DNA from: a virus
Lineage: Duplodnaviria; Caudoviricetes
Reading direction: 5' to 3' (one strand)
DNA: 64,000 bases
IMG/VR virus record: IMGVR_UViG_3300026549_000029
Location: 1 to 64,000 of that record
The position numbers and the translations under genes are program-made. Shown one piece after another: positions 37,325-47,808 of this stretch; position 1 is the first letter of the stretch, and each line of letters starts with the position of its first letter. The notes beneath the pieces are model-generated. The model had not been told where the DNA came from. It saw only the letters and a list, made by a program, of their open reading frames with translations, and did no database searches.

Positions 37325-37396
37325 ATATGTTATTAGGGAGAAATCCCTAATGACATATTTTAAACTTCTTAATAATTAATATAAAGGAGGTATATC

Positions 37397-38887
37397 GTGA
37401 AAGCACCTCTGAAAGGTAAACAAATTTTATCAGATAATCAAGTATTAGAAATCATTAATGTAGATCGATTTAGACCTACATTAAAATGCGATTTATTTGT
37501 TCCATCATATATACAATCTTTATCTGTTGCTACAGAATTTATCTATTCTTATGTATTAGAAAGATTTCCTAAAGACTTTTTTGAATCTATTCATGTTTCT
37601 GGTAAGAATATTATAGATGATTTTCGTAGATTTAATAAAGGAGAATATCCAGTTAGAGAAAATCCTGCAGTTAGTATTGCTTATAATTTACAATATGATT
37701 TTAATGATAATAACCTAGATTGGAACTGGTTATCTACTAATAAATATCTTCGTACTTCTGCTTGGCAAAGATCATTCTTTAAATGTCCTAAGAGAGGACT
37801 TTATATTGGAATGGATCTTGAAGCTATGCTGATTAATTATAATTTTAAATTCAGAGTAAATACAAGACCAGAACAGTTAGATCTTTATAATAGAATAAGA
37901 AAAGTATTTAGATTAGGTTGTACTGAAACAAATGATATAGATTGTGATTTCCATTTAGATAGAAAACTTATGACTAAAGTAGCAGAAGCTGCTGGATTTG
38001 CTATAGATACAGATGGACAAATTTTAGACCCATGGAATTTTACTCGTTTTTTAAATGCTCATTCTCAAATGCCTATATTATATAAACTTAGATTAATTAA
38101 TCAACATTATGAATGGTTTTTAAGAATGAGAAATCTTCCTGTACATTTAGATTTCCAAAATCCTTTAGATGTAGATGATGGTCAGCAGACTGGAATGGAT
38201 ACTACAGATTATACTATAGAATTTCAAATTGCTGTAAGATTTCCTGCACCAAGAACTTTTGCTTTCTATAATGAAGGTAACTGGAAACACGAAATATATA
38301 CTGAACCTAATGAAGGTATTACTATATATTCTATGAAACTTTTTGATATACCAGAAGAAAATTATAAGGGATGGCCTTTATATGGACATTCTAATTATAT
38401 GGCAGAAAAAGAAGAAGTAGTAGTTAAATATATAGATATAAAAGAACTCTTTGTAGCTCCAGTAGATATTAAAGTAGGAACATCTTTAGATGATTTAATT
38501 CAAGATAGTTTAAATAATTTTGTTAGTCCAGATGTATTTGTAGAGATTGCTGTATACACTAATGATTTATTAGTACATGGATCTGGTAGAGTTCCTATTG
38601 TAATGGATTGGGAAAAGAGAAGAATTATATTACCAGATGGAATACCAGATTCTTATTTCTATTTAGCTATTTATGTAGATAGAAAATATGTAAATGATAA
38701 AATAGTAGAAATTACTAATGCTAATTATAATAGAGTAATGCTTAGTAAAATGAAGAGTGATGAAATTCTTGAAAAGAAAGTACAAGAATATTATAATCAT
38801 GATCATATAATTGAGAAAGAAAAATTCCCAAATGGAAATTTAAAGAAAAAGAAAAAAGCACAATTTATTATTAAAATAGGTGAATAA
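37397..38887 (+). CDS. putative virion structural protein
   Basis: Late promoter, strong SD, 496 aa. Confidence 0.55.
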   Translation: MKAPLKGKQILSDNQVLEIINVDRFRPTLKCDLFVPSYIQSLSVATEFIYSYVLERFPKDFFESIHVSGKNIIDDFRRFNKGEYPVRENPAVSIAYNLQYDFNDNNLDWNWLSTNKYLRTSAWQRSFFKCPKRGLYIGMDLEAMLINYNFKFRVNTRPEQLDLYNRIRKVFRLGCTETNDIDCDFHLDRKLMTKVAEAAGFAIDTDGQILDPWNFTRFLNAHSQMPILYKLRLINQHYEWFLRMRNLPVHLDFQNPLDVDDGQQTGMDTTDYTIEFQIAVRFPAPRTFAFYNEGNWKHEIYTEPNEGITIYSMKLFDIPEENYKGWPLYGHSNYMAEKEEVVVKYIDIKELFVAPVDIKVGTSLDDLIQDSLNNFVSPDVFVEIAVYTNDLLVHGSGRVPIVMDWEKRRIILPDGIPDSYFYLAIYVDRKYVNDKIVEITNANYNRVMLSKMKSDEILEKKVQEYYNHDHIIEKEKFPNGNLKKKKKAQFIIKIGE

Positions 38888-38888
38888 T

Positions 38889-39407
38889 ATGGCTATATTT
38901 AATGAGGGTTATATTAAAGACTTCTTTAATAAAAAGAAAAAAGAAGATACTAAATATAATAAAGAATCTGATAAAATAAATGAAAATAAAAAAGCAAATG
39001 TAATTAATGTAAAATTATCTGATAAGAATATTTTTGATAAGTTATATCATAATGAGGCATTAACTGCTGAAGGAATTATTATTAAAGATAATAATTGTGA
39101 TATAATAGAAAAATGGTTTAGAGAACGAAATAATTGTACTTCTAATAATTTAAATATGTATATAATTACAGGAAAAGTAATGAATGATTTTTATCATCTT
39201 ACTACTGATAATAAATATCCAGAAAATAATTTTAAAATATTATGTATCGATTGGATAACTGCTGGAGTTAGATCTCCATTTAAATCTAAATGGAGATGGT
39301 TCAGTGATGTTGTAGATAATAATGCAAAACGAGAGATTGCTAAAAGAAATCCTTATTATAAACACTATAATTCTATTTATTATGGTGATATTGGTTTTGA
39401 AGATTAA
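38889..39407 (+). CDS. putative internal head protein with MAIF leader
   Basis: MAIFNEG start. Confidence 0.55.
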   Translation: MAIFNEGYIKDFFNKKKKEDTKYNKESDKINENKKANVINVKLSDKNIFDKLYHNEALTAEGIIIKDNNCDIIEKWFRERNNCTSNNLNMYIITGKVMNDFYHLTTDNKYPENNFKILCIDWITAGVRSPFKSKWRWFSDVVDNNAKREIAKRNPYYKHYNSIYYGDIGFED

Positions 39408-39425
39408 TATTTTGAGGTAAATAAT

Positions 39426-40259
39426 ATGGCTATATTTACTCTTGATTATTTACAAGAATCTAAACAGAAATATGATCCTAAAATTGTAGATAGAGCTGCA
39501 GATGTATTTAGAAAATTACAAAAGATTTTATCTAATTCTAATAATGCTTTCTTTACACTTTATCCTATTAGACAAGATAAGATTTCTTTTAAAAAGAAAG
39601 ATGATAATAATTTAGTTGCTTCTTGTTCAATAGGAAAAGTAAATAATAAGAAAGATTATGAAGAAGATATAAGAAAGATTATTACTAATGCTAGATATAT
39701 TATTAATGATACTACTAGAGACTGTAGAGTTGCTTTATATGCTCAAGTAGATTCTAATATTTATTCTACTATAACTTTCTTTAACTGTGCTAATAAATAT
39801 ATTTTATCAGAAGCTTCTAAATATAATACTTCTCAGTATCTAGAAGATGATGATATAGAAAGACCCTCTAAAACTATCAAACATTTATCTAATTCTGAAA
39901 TACGTAGATGTAGAGATATTATTAAATCTTGTATTAATAAATATCCCAGAATTAAGAAATGTTGTGATTATATAGATTTATATGATAATGAAGAATTTAA
40001 TGATGAAGGTGAAAGATCATCTGCTTTAGATAGATATAAATCTAGAAAAGGAAGTTCTTATTTAAGATTAGTAGAAGGTGATGTATATTCTGGATATCCT
40101 GATTTTAAAGAAGAAGGATCAGAAGTTTTTCATGATGATGTAAGTGATTTAAAAGAAGATGTAAATGAGAAATTTAAATCATTTAATATTCCTGCTGAGT
40201 TTATGGTAAAATTAGATTATGATGCTATAAATTTTGGAGTTATAAGTAAAAAGACTTAA
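39426..40259 (+). CDS. putative internal head protein with MAIF leader
   Basis: MAIFTLDYLQES, internal ILSEAS. Confidence 0.55.
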   Translation: MAIFTLDYLQESKQKYDPKIVDRAADVFRKLQKILSNSNNAFFTLYPIRQDKISFKKKDDNNLVASCSIGKVNNKKDYEEDIRKIITNARYIINDTTRDCRVALYAQVDSNIYSTITFFNCANKYILSEASKYNTSQYLEDDDIERPSKTIKHLSNSEIRRCRDIIKSCINKYPRIKKCCDYIDLYDNEEFNDEGERSSALDRYKSRKGSSYLRLVEGDVYSGYPDFKEEGSEVFHDDVSDLKEDVNEKFKSFNIPAEFMVKLDYDAINFGVISKKT

Positions 40260-40284
40260 TTTTATAGAAAGGAGATAATATATC

Positions 40285-40743
40285 ATGGGTATTAATCCAC
40301 ATTTTGTTGAATTGACTAAATTAATTGCAGTATTATATGCTGTAGTGGTTGGTTACATTCTTACTGGTATTGCTAATAATTGTTTAGTTAATGGTGAGCC
40401 TTTTGATATTAAAGTATTAATAAAAGGCATTGTTAAAACTATTACTGCATGTGTAAGTTTAATTATTGTTGCTTATGTATGTACTATTATTGATTTAAGT
40501 AGTTTAGGATTTGAACCTCAGACTGCTATTACTTCTGGTATTATTGTATATACTGCTAAGCTTATTAGAAATGCAATGGGATTACTTGGATTAACTAAAG
40601 CTGGTAAAGAGAATAAAGAAGACGTATTAACTAGTAGTCCTATTCTCTATAATAAAGCTGAAGAAGAGCTACAGAAAGAGGATAATGATTTTACTGAAGT
40701 AAATATAGATGATAATGATGAAGGTCCTAAAGCTGTTGGATAA
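40285..40743 (+). CDS. putative holin-like membrane protein
   Basis: Three TM segments and a charged acidic tail. Confidence 0.5.
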   Translation: MGINPHFVELTKLIAVLYAVVVGYILTGIANNCLVNGEPFDIKVLIKGIVKTITACVSLIIVAYVCTIIDLSSLGFEPQTAITSGIIVYTAKLIRNAMGLLGLTKAGKENKEDVLTSSPILYNKAEEELQKEDNDFTEVNIDDNDEGPKAVG

Positions 40744-40849
40744 TTATATAAATAAAATTTGAGTAGGAGATTATTATCTCCTACTCTATTTAATTAAACA
40801 AATATATAAAAAATCAAATATAATTTCTTAAAGAAAGGATCTTATTATT

Positions 40850-41710
40850 ATGTTATTTTATTTATTTGAATCATCTTTAAATAATTTTAATCAATTATTA
40901 TTAGAAAAGAAAACTCAAGAACAATATTCTAGAGAATCATTTAAAAAGAAATATAATTTTAATCCTGATAAACCAGGAGCAGATACTGGTACTATTACTA
41001 AAGATGGTAAAACATATAGAATAGATATGAAAAAAGATAAAATTATAAATTATAATAATGAAAAAGTATTAAGAAATTTATCTGCTAATTCTGAAAGTGA
41101 AAAATCTACTATATATTTAGATGATAAATTTTTTAAACTTAAAGGATCTAATAAAGGTGAAAGAAAAGATGCTTTATTAAATCATGAAATAGGACATCAA
41201 AATTTACACAATATAAATTCAAATAATAAAACTGTAGATAAAAAGAATAGAACTGAAAAAGTATTTAAAACTGTTATAGATAATGAGCTTAAAGATAAAA
41301 ATATAAAATATGATCCAATAATAAAACATCTATACTATAAAAATAAAGGAATTGATAATTATAATAAATCTGGAACTTCTAATGCTTATGAAAAACAACA
41401 AAGAGATAAAAGTTTAGAAATAGCTAAAAAATATGAAAAGGACGAACCTCATTATAATGCTATAGAATATGAAGCAGATAGATATGCAGCCAATAAAACT
41501 TCAGAAAAAGCATTAAAAAGAGGACTTAGAAATTATCATAAATTATCTAATTCTAATAAAGCAATTAAACAATATAAAAAGATAACTAAAAATAATATAC
41601 CTACAGAACATATTAAAAAAGTTGAAAATAAATATTTTAATGATGAATTTAAAAATAGAACTAAAGTTTTAAAAGATAAAGATATGAAAAAATCTGATAT
41701 TTATAAATAA
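40850..41710 (+). CDS. zincin (M48-like) metallopeptidase domain protein
   Basis: LLNHEIGH...EYEADRYA; leader MLFYLFES...LLLE. Confidence 0.7.
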   Translation: MLFYLFESSLNNFNQLLLEKKTQEQYSRESFKKKYNFNPDKPGADTGTITKDGKTYRIDMKKDKIINYNNEKVLRNLSANSESEKSTIYLDDKFFKLKGSNKGERKDALLNHEIGHQNLHNINSNNKTVDKKNRTEKVFKTVIDNELKDKNIKYDPIIKHLYYKNKGIDNYNKSGTSNAYEKQQRDKSLEIAKKYEKDEPHYNAIEYEADRYAANKTSEKALKRGLRNYHKLSNSNKAIKQYKKITKNNIPTEHIKKVENKYFNDEFKNRTKVLKDKDMKKSDIYK

Positions 41711-42152
41711 TATTTGGTGAAAATTATGGATAAGATAAAAAAAGATATATTAAATTCTTTATTTAATATTGGTATTATATATGAAACACCAATATTTCAT
41801 AGAACTATACTATATCCTTTTCATTTAGTAGATATTTCTATTGAAGATACTAAAGAATATATTTTAGAAAATAATAAAAATAATATGTCAGACAAAGAGA
41901 TTAATGAATTATCATATTGGTATAAAACAGAATTTGATAAAATTAAAAAAGAAACTATTGAAAAAGAAAATAAAAAATATTATAATTGTAAAAATAAAAA
42001 AAAATAAAAAGAGATTTAGAAGGTAGAGAGCAATTCTCTACCTTTTTATTTTTATTTATTCTTAAACATTTAAATACTAATTTAAAAATGAAATTATACA
42101 TATATTATAATTATGATAATAAATATTTATATTATATAAGGAGGTTTTATAT

Positions 42153-43385
42153 ATGGGATTACTAGCTGATAGATTTAGAGCTTTAATTGCAAAAGAAAAA
42201 GATCCAAGAATGAATGAAGCAGATTCAGATATTTTATATTCTACAGGATTTCTTACATTAGATTTTTTAAATGGTTATAAAGCTTTTGTTAAGAAACCTA
42301 ATAATGAAGAATATTTTTATAATGCTGTAGGTTTTGTAGATGGTTCCAGTACCACATTCATCGGAAGGCCGTCGTCGGGCAAGACTACCATTGCGTTGCA
42401 AATAGCTGCGAATATTATTAGAAAATTTCCAAATGCAGTTATGTTTTATGATGATATTGAAGGTGGTTCTAATATAGCAAGAAGACAGATTCTTACTAGA
42501 TTTACATTAGAAGAAATGGATAATAGAATTATATATAGAAATAGTTCCGTTAGTGCAGAGAATTTTTATAAAAGAATTGCTATGATTTCTGATGAGAAAT
42601 TAAATCATAGAGATGAGTATGAATATAACACAGGTATTTTAGATTCTAAGGGAAAAGAAATTTATAAATTAATCCCTACTGTATATATTCTTGATTCTCT
42701 TGCTATGTTAACTCCTGAAAAGATTACTGAAGAAGAAGAGTTATCTGGACAGATGAGTACTACTGCTGCAGCTAAAACTAATACAGCAGTATTCAAAAGA
42801 ATAGTTCCTAAACTTAAAGCAGCAAATATTATATTATTTGTAATTAATCATATTAATGATAAGATTGAAATTAATGCTTTTACACATACTAAATCACAGG
42901 TAGGTTATTTAAAACAGAATGAAACATTGCCTGGTGGTAAAGCAGCATTATATTTAGCAAATAATATGATAAGAGTAGATGATGGTGCAGTACTTAAACC
43001 TGAGAAAGATCTTGGAGTGTCAGGAAAGATAGTAGATTTTACTTATATTAAATCTAGAACAAATGCTTCTGGTAGATCTATCCCTATGGTATTTACATAT
43101 GATAATGGATTTGATAATATGCTTTCATTATTTATGTTTCTTAAGTCAAATGGGGCTATAGAGATGAAAGGAGCATATTGTAGTCTTAGAGGATATCCTG
43201 ATATGAGATTTACTCAGAAAGGATTTAAAGATAAATTGCTTAATGACAGTGAATTTTCTCAGGCATTTTTAAATGTTGCTAAAGAAGAATTAGAAACTTT
43301 ATTAGCAAAGCCTATTGATAATTTACAGATCGATAATAATAGTTCTTTTGATAATTTATCTAATTCTTTATTAGGATTGAATTGA
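42153..43385 (+). CDS. uvsX: RecA/UvsX-like recombinase
   Basis: STGF..LD, Walker A GRPSSGKTT, Walker B YILDSLA, INH, PGGKA. Confidence 0.9.
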   Translation: MGLLADRFRALIAKEKDPRMNEADSDILYSTGFLTLDFLNGYKAFVKKPNNEEYFYNAVGFVDGSSTTFIGRPSSGKTTIALQIAANIIRKFPNAVMFYDDIEGGSNIARRQILTRFTLEEMDNRIIYRNSSVSAENFYKRIAMISDEKLNHRDEYEYNTGILDSKGKEIYKLIPTVYILDSLAMLTPEKITEEEELSGQMSTTAAAKTNTAVFKRIVPKLKAANIILFVINHINDKIEINAFTHTKSQVGYLKQNETLPGGKAALYLANNMIRVDDGAVLKPEKDLGVSGKIVDFTYIKSRTNASGRSIPMVFTYDNGFDNMLSLFMFLKSNGAIEMKGAYCSLRGYPDMRFTQKGFKDKLLNDSEFSQAFLNVAKEELETLLAKPIDNLQIDNNSSFDNLSNSLLGLN

Positions 43386-43405
43386 TAAAATAAGGAGTTT
43401 ATTAT

Positions 43406-43849
43406 ATGAATAAAGAGAAAATATTTAGATTCTTTGCAATATCTTTTTTGATATATGCTTTAATGTATTACTATTGTGATGTAGTAAAAGCTGAAGAAAT
43501 TCTCTGCAATCCTCCTCTTATAACAGCAGAGGATTCTTATATAGGTAATTCTCATATAAGTCAAAAAGAAAATATAGAAGAAATTGTTCCTCTATATACT
43601 TTATATTCTCAGCCATTTTCTGAAGATTTATATAATACATATCAAGTTATAACTACAACTGAACTTAATGTGAGAAAAGGTCCTGGAGTAAAATATGATA
43701 TTTATACATCTATTCCAGAAAATGAACCAGTAGATATTATTATAGAGGAATATCCAGAAACTGGATGGATAAAAGTCTGGGTAGATTGTGGAGAATATTT
43801 TGTTTATACAAAATATTTGAAAGTAATAAAAAGGAATATATATGAATGA
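43406..43849 (+). CDS. secreted/membrane SH3b-domain protein
   Basis: Signal-like N-terminus, LNVRKGPG...GWIKV. Confidence 0.75.
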   Translation: MNKEKIFRFFAISFLIYALMYYYCDVVKAEEILCNPPLITAEDSYIGNSHISQKENIEEIVPLYTLYSQPFSEDLYNTYQVITTTELNVRKGPGVKYDIYTSIPENEPVDIIIEEYPETGWIKVWVDCGEYFVYTKYLKVIKRNIYE

Positions 43850-44409
43850 TACATTTTATTATTGATATGATAATGATTTTTATAATAAGTATTTTTGTTT
43901 TAGGACATGCATTTATAATATCATTATTAATAATAGATGCTATTGAAAAACATAAAAAGAAAAAACAAAAAGAAATAGAATATAAAAGAAAACATAGTGG
44001 TTATTATAAAATAATGGCTCCAAGATTAGATTTAATTGATAAACCTGCATATAAATATAATTATGATTCATATCCTGAATTATATTATACTTATGGAATT
44101 GGTTTTACTTATAAAGGAACACAGCCATATCGTAAAAAAGGAACAAGTTTTGAACTTCTTCCTTCAGCAGGATGTAGTTTTGTAGAAATGACTCAGGATG
44201 AATATGATGAATTTGAAATTAAATATAGAATAGATCCCGATCTCATAAAGGTTGATTGTATATCTGCACCTAATTCTACTAAATTATCCAGTATAAAACT
44301 AATAGAAGATATATTAAAATTACCCGAAAAGAAATATGATGAATTTTTAGCTAAATATCGTATTACTTATCAGGATTTAGATATAGCTTATAAAAAATTA
44401 ATAAAATGA
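43846..44409 (+). CDS. membrane-anchored hypothetical protein
   Basis: N-terminal TM segment followed by a basic patch. Confidence 0.6.
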   Translation: MIHFIIDMIMIFIISIFVLGHAFIISLLIIDAIEKHKKKKQKEIEYKRKHSGYYKIMAPRLDLIDKPAYKYNYDSYPELYYTYGIGFTYKGTQPYRKKGTSFELLPSAGCSFVEMTQDEYDEFEIKYRIDPDLIKVDCISAPNSTKLSSIKLIEDILKLPEKKYDEFLAKYRITYQDLDIAYKKLIK

Positions 44410-44509
44410 AGAGGATAATTTATCCTCTTCATTTATTTTTTACAAAAATAAAAAAGATATTATAATAATGAAACTGTAAAAATATTTTTATTTAAAAGGA
44501 GAAATAGAA

Positions 44510-45517
44510 ATGAAGGTTAAAAAGTATTATAGTAAAGATGTTACCAGAAATATTGAAGATATATTGAGTGGTGTAGAAGAAGAAAATATATCTTTAGATA
44601 TTCCTATCCAAAGAAGATTCATTTGGACACTTGATCAAATGTGTTTATTTATTCATTCATTAATTATAGGTTTTATTCCATATATGTTATTTGCTGTAAC
44701 TGTAAATGATATAGATTATATTATAGATGGAAAACAGAGATTAAGTACTATATTAAAATTTTGTAATAATGAATTTTGCTTTCCTGCTACTAGTGATTTA
44801 TCTGTAGAATATACATATGGAAAAGCAAAAGAAAAGAAAGAAATTTATTTAAGAAATATGTATTTTAAAGATTTACCAGAAAAATTAAAACGTAATATTC
44901 GTCATAATTTAGTAATTTATATTACATATAATAGATTATCTGAGGATGATATCTGTAATCTTTTTAAAAGAATAAATAATGGTACAGGATTTGGTGCTAT
45001 TGATGAAACTAGACTTTTATCATATATAAATAATCCAGAAATGTTAGAAGCTCTTACAAATCTTTGTGATGAAAATGAAGAATTTTTTAAAACATTTATG
45101 TCAGAGAAAAGTCTTATGTCATCTGAAGATATTATTCAAATTATTAGAGCAATTATTATGCTCAAAGAAAATTATGATACAGATATTGATATGCGTATAA
45201 TAAATAGAGAAATTGTTAATATTACAGTTGATGATATTAATGATATTTCTGTTCTTATTAAACGATTAAGAGTAGCAAATAAATTTAATCATAATAGTAT
45301 AGCAAAAAACTTTTCTTATATTTTAGCATTATCTCTTGAAATTAAAGATAAAAATATTGAAGCATATTGTACTGATATTAATAAATATTTCAGTAGCGAT
45401 AATAAAGAGAAAATAACTGATACTTTTAATAAATTTAAATCTTGGACAAATAAAAGTAAAGTAGTGCTTCATAGATATAATATATTAAAAAATGAATATT
45501 TAAAATATATTATATAA
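44510..45517 (+). CDS. DUF262 (ParB/GmrS-like) domain protein
   Basis: QRRFIW, IIDGKQRLST, FKRINNG. Confidence 0.85.
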   Translation: MKVKKYYSKDVTRNIEDILSGVEEENISLDIPIQRRFIWTLDQMCLFIHSLIIGFIPYMLFAVTVNDIDYIIDGKQRLSTILKFCNNEFCFPATSDLSVEYTYGKAKEKKEIYLRNMYFKDLPEKLKRNIRHNLVIYITYNRLSEDDICNLFKRINNGTGFGAIDETRLLSYINNPEMLEALTNLCDENEEFFKTFMSEKSLMSSEDIIQIIRAIIMLKENYDTDIDMRIINREIVNITVDDINDISVLIKRLRVANKFNHNSIAKNFSYILALSLEIKDKNIEAYCTDINKYFSSDNKEKITDTFNKFKSWTNKSKVVLHRYNILKNEYLKYII

Positions 45518-45626
45518 AATAATATATTATATTAAATAAAGAGAGACATAGAAATGGCTCTCTTTATTTTTTATCAAAACTCATTAATAATAATATTAAA
45601 TAGCTGTATAAGGATGGCTAGAAAAT

Positions 45627-46028
45627 ATGAGAATATTATTAGTTGAAGATGTTGAAATTTCTAGAATGGTAACAGAAAATATATTAAGACAATTTTCTGA
45701 AGTTACATTTATAGATAATGCTAAAAATGGTTTTGAAGCTATTAAGAAAACTTTAGATTTGTATAAAAAAGGTAAAAAATATGATGTCATATTTATGGAT
45801 ATTATAATGCCTATTACTAGTGGATATCAAGCATTAGAGAGTATTAGAAAATATGAAAAAGATAATTATATTGAAGAAAATAATAGAAGTAAAATTGTAA
45901 TATTAAGCTCTCTTAATACTAAAGAAGAAATAGAAAATGGATTAAGAATGGGTGCTAATAAAGTTTTTATAAAACCTATAAATTATGAAGATATAAAATC
46001 TTTATTTAAAGAATGGAATATGATATAA
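45627..46028 (+). CDS. stand-alone response regulator receiver (CheY/Spo0F-like)
   Basis: ILLVED, IFMDIIMP..SG, ILSS, GA..FIKP. Confidence 0.9.
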   Translation: MRILLVEDVEISRMVTENILRQFSEVTFIDNAKNGFEAIKKTLDLYKKGKKYDVIFMDIIMPITSGYQALESIRKYEKDNYIEENNRSKIVILSSLNTKEEIENGLRMGANKVFIKPINYEDIKSLFKEWNMI

Positions 46029-46133
46029 GAAGAGGAGAAATCCTCTTCTTATTTTTATTTTTTTTTCAATATTATTGTATTCTTCAACTTTTTATTAATT
46101 AAGCAATATCCAATAATATGGAGGATTAATAAA

Positions 46134-47027
46134 ATGCCTGATAATAAAATTGGTTACATCATAAATGAATCTGGATATCAAATGGAATATATTAATACTA
46201 CTCCCACTTCTAATATTAAAAATCATAAATTCTATAATCCTGATAGAATTGCTGGTTATGGTATTCTTCAGACTGGTGGTATTAAGAATAGAAATGGAAG
46301 AATCTATAGAACAGAAGATCTTGATAGAGAAATTCATGCTCCTAGACAAAGAGAATTATTAGGTACTGGTACTATGTTAGGACATTTATCCCATCCTGTA
46401 AGTGGAGATCTTGTTGTACAACAGACTATTGATCCTAAACTCTGTTGTGTAAGATTTCTTGATCTTTGGATGGATGGAGATAATGTAATGGGATCTTTCC
46501 AAGGTACTAATAATGAATATGGAGAGATGTTTGATAAAGATCTTAGGATTGGAGTTAGACCTGCATTCTCTCTTAGGGCTCTTGGTACTATAAGAGCTAC
46601 CCCTGAAGGAGCAGTTGTTGAGAATTTAAAAATGATTACATATGATGCGGTGGTATATCCATCTAATCCCGGTGCATATATGTGCGGTGTAATATCAGAA
46701 TCTGCAAATTTAATGGATGCTCCTATTTCTAATTTTAAACTTACTAATGCTAATGATGCTACTAAGTCTGCTATTTATCCTTTTACTAATGATGATGTAG
46801 TATCTGCTATGAAAGCTCAGCATACTAATGAATCTGCTATAGCTTTTGATATAATTAAAAATAAATCTTTTAATTATCAATTACTTAAAGAAGCTTTTGA
46901 TATGACAAAGATTAATATGGTAGATCTTATTTCTCCTAATAAAATTGCTCTTACAGAATCTGGTAAATCTACAATTGTGATGAATATTGAAGATTATATT
47001 GCTAAAGAGCTTCAAAATTATAAATAA
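46134..47027 (+). CDS. prohead core protein protease (T4 gp21-like)
   Basis: NRNGRIY, GHLSHP, FSLRALG, YDAV..PS. Confidence 0.88.
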   Translation: MPDNKIGYIINESGYQMEYINTTPTSNIKNHKFYNPDRIAGYGILQTGGIKNRNGRIYRTEDLDREIHAPRQRELLGTGTMLGHLSHPVSGDLVVQQTIDPKLCCVRFLDLWMDGDNVMGSFQGTNNEYGEMFDKDLRIGVRPAFSLRALGTIRATPEGAVVENLKMITYDAVVYPSNPGAYMCGVISESANLMDAPISNFKLTNANDATKSAIYPFTNDDVVSAMKAQHTNESAIAFDIIKNKSFNYQLLKEAFDMTKINMVDLISPNKIALTESGKSTIVMNIEDYIAKELQNYK

Positions 47028-47058
47028 TATTGTTAATTACCACCTTAGGAGGTGTATT

Positions 47059-47772
47059 ATGTTTATTATCGATTTCTTCAAGAGATTATTTGGATTAAAT
47101 AAGAAGGAAGAAAATAATGCAAATAATAAAATAGAAACTATAGAGGGAAATACTATTCCTAATATAGAAAAAGAAGATATATTAGTATCCTCTGTAAATT
47201 TAAATAAAGAAGAAATTTCTAATAAAAATGATGACAATTCAAATATTCTTGTAAATTCTGTATCTCACTCTCCTGAATATAATGATGAGCATAATAATTA
47301 TTGGGAAAATTCTACAGAAGAGAAAGAGTCTGATTCTATATCTACAGAAGCTATACAAAATTTTGTAGATAATCCAGTAGATGAAGAAAAGGAAGAAAAT
47401 TTAGAAGAATATGAAGAGATTCCTGATGATCCTTACTCTTATTATCTTGATCCTATTTTTTCTGCTGATTTAATTGTTGGTATTAAAAATATTTTACGTC
47501 CTATAGTTAGATCTTATAATTATGAGAAAAAAGATACTTATGCTGCTTGTACTACATCTATTAAAACTCTTAAATGTTTTATTACAGTAGCACAAGATTC
47601 TGAATTATTAATATTTAGACCTACACAATCAGATACTTATAATAATAGCATTGCTATTTTTGTAAGAGGATTTATTTATAATGATTTTAAATCTGCTTTA
47701 ATTAAGAATAAATTTACAGGTTTATTGCTTGATTGCTATGGTGGTAAAATCTTTATTCGAAAGAAAATTTAA
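47059..47772 (+). CDS. hypothetical protein with acidic low-complexity N-half
   Basis: AGGAGGT SD at 47047. Confidence 0.65.
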   Translation: MFIIDFFKRLFGLNKKEENNANNKIETIEGNTIPNIEKEDILVSSVNLNKEEISNKNDDNSNILVNSVSHSPEYNDEHNNYWENSTEEKESDSISTEAIQNFVDNPVDEEKEENLEEYEEIPDDPYSYYLDPIFSADLIVGIKNILRPIVRSYNYEKKDTYAACTTSIKTLKCFITVAQDSELLIFRPTQSDTYNNSIAIFVRGFIYNDFKSALIKNKFTGLLLDCYGGKIFIRKKI

Positions 47773-47808
47773 ATTACCAATCAAAAGAAAGGGTTGGTGA
47801 AATAATAT

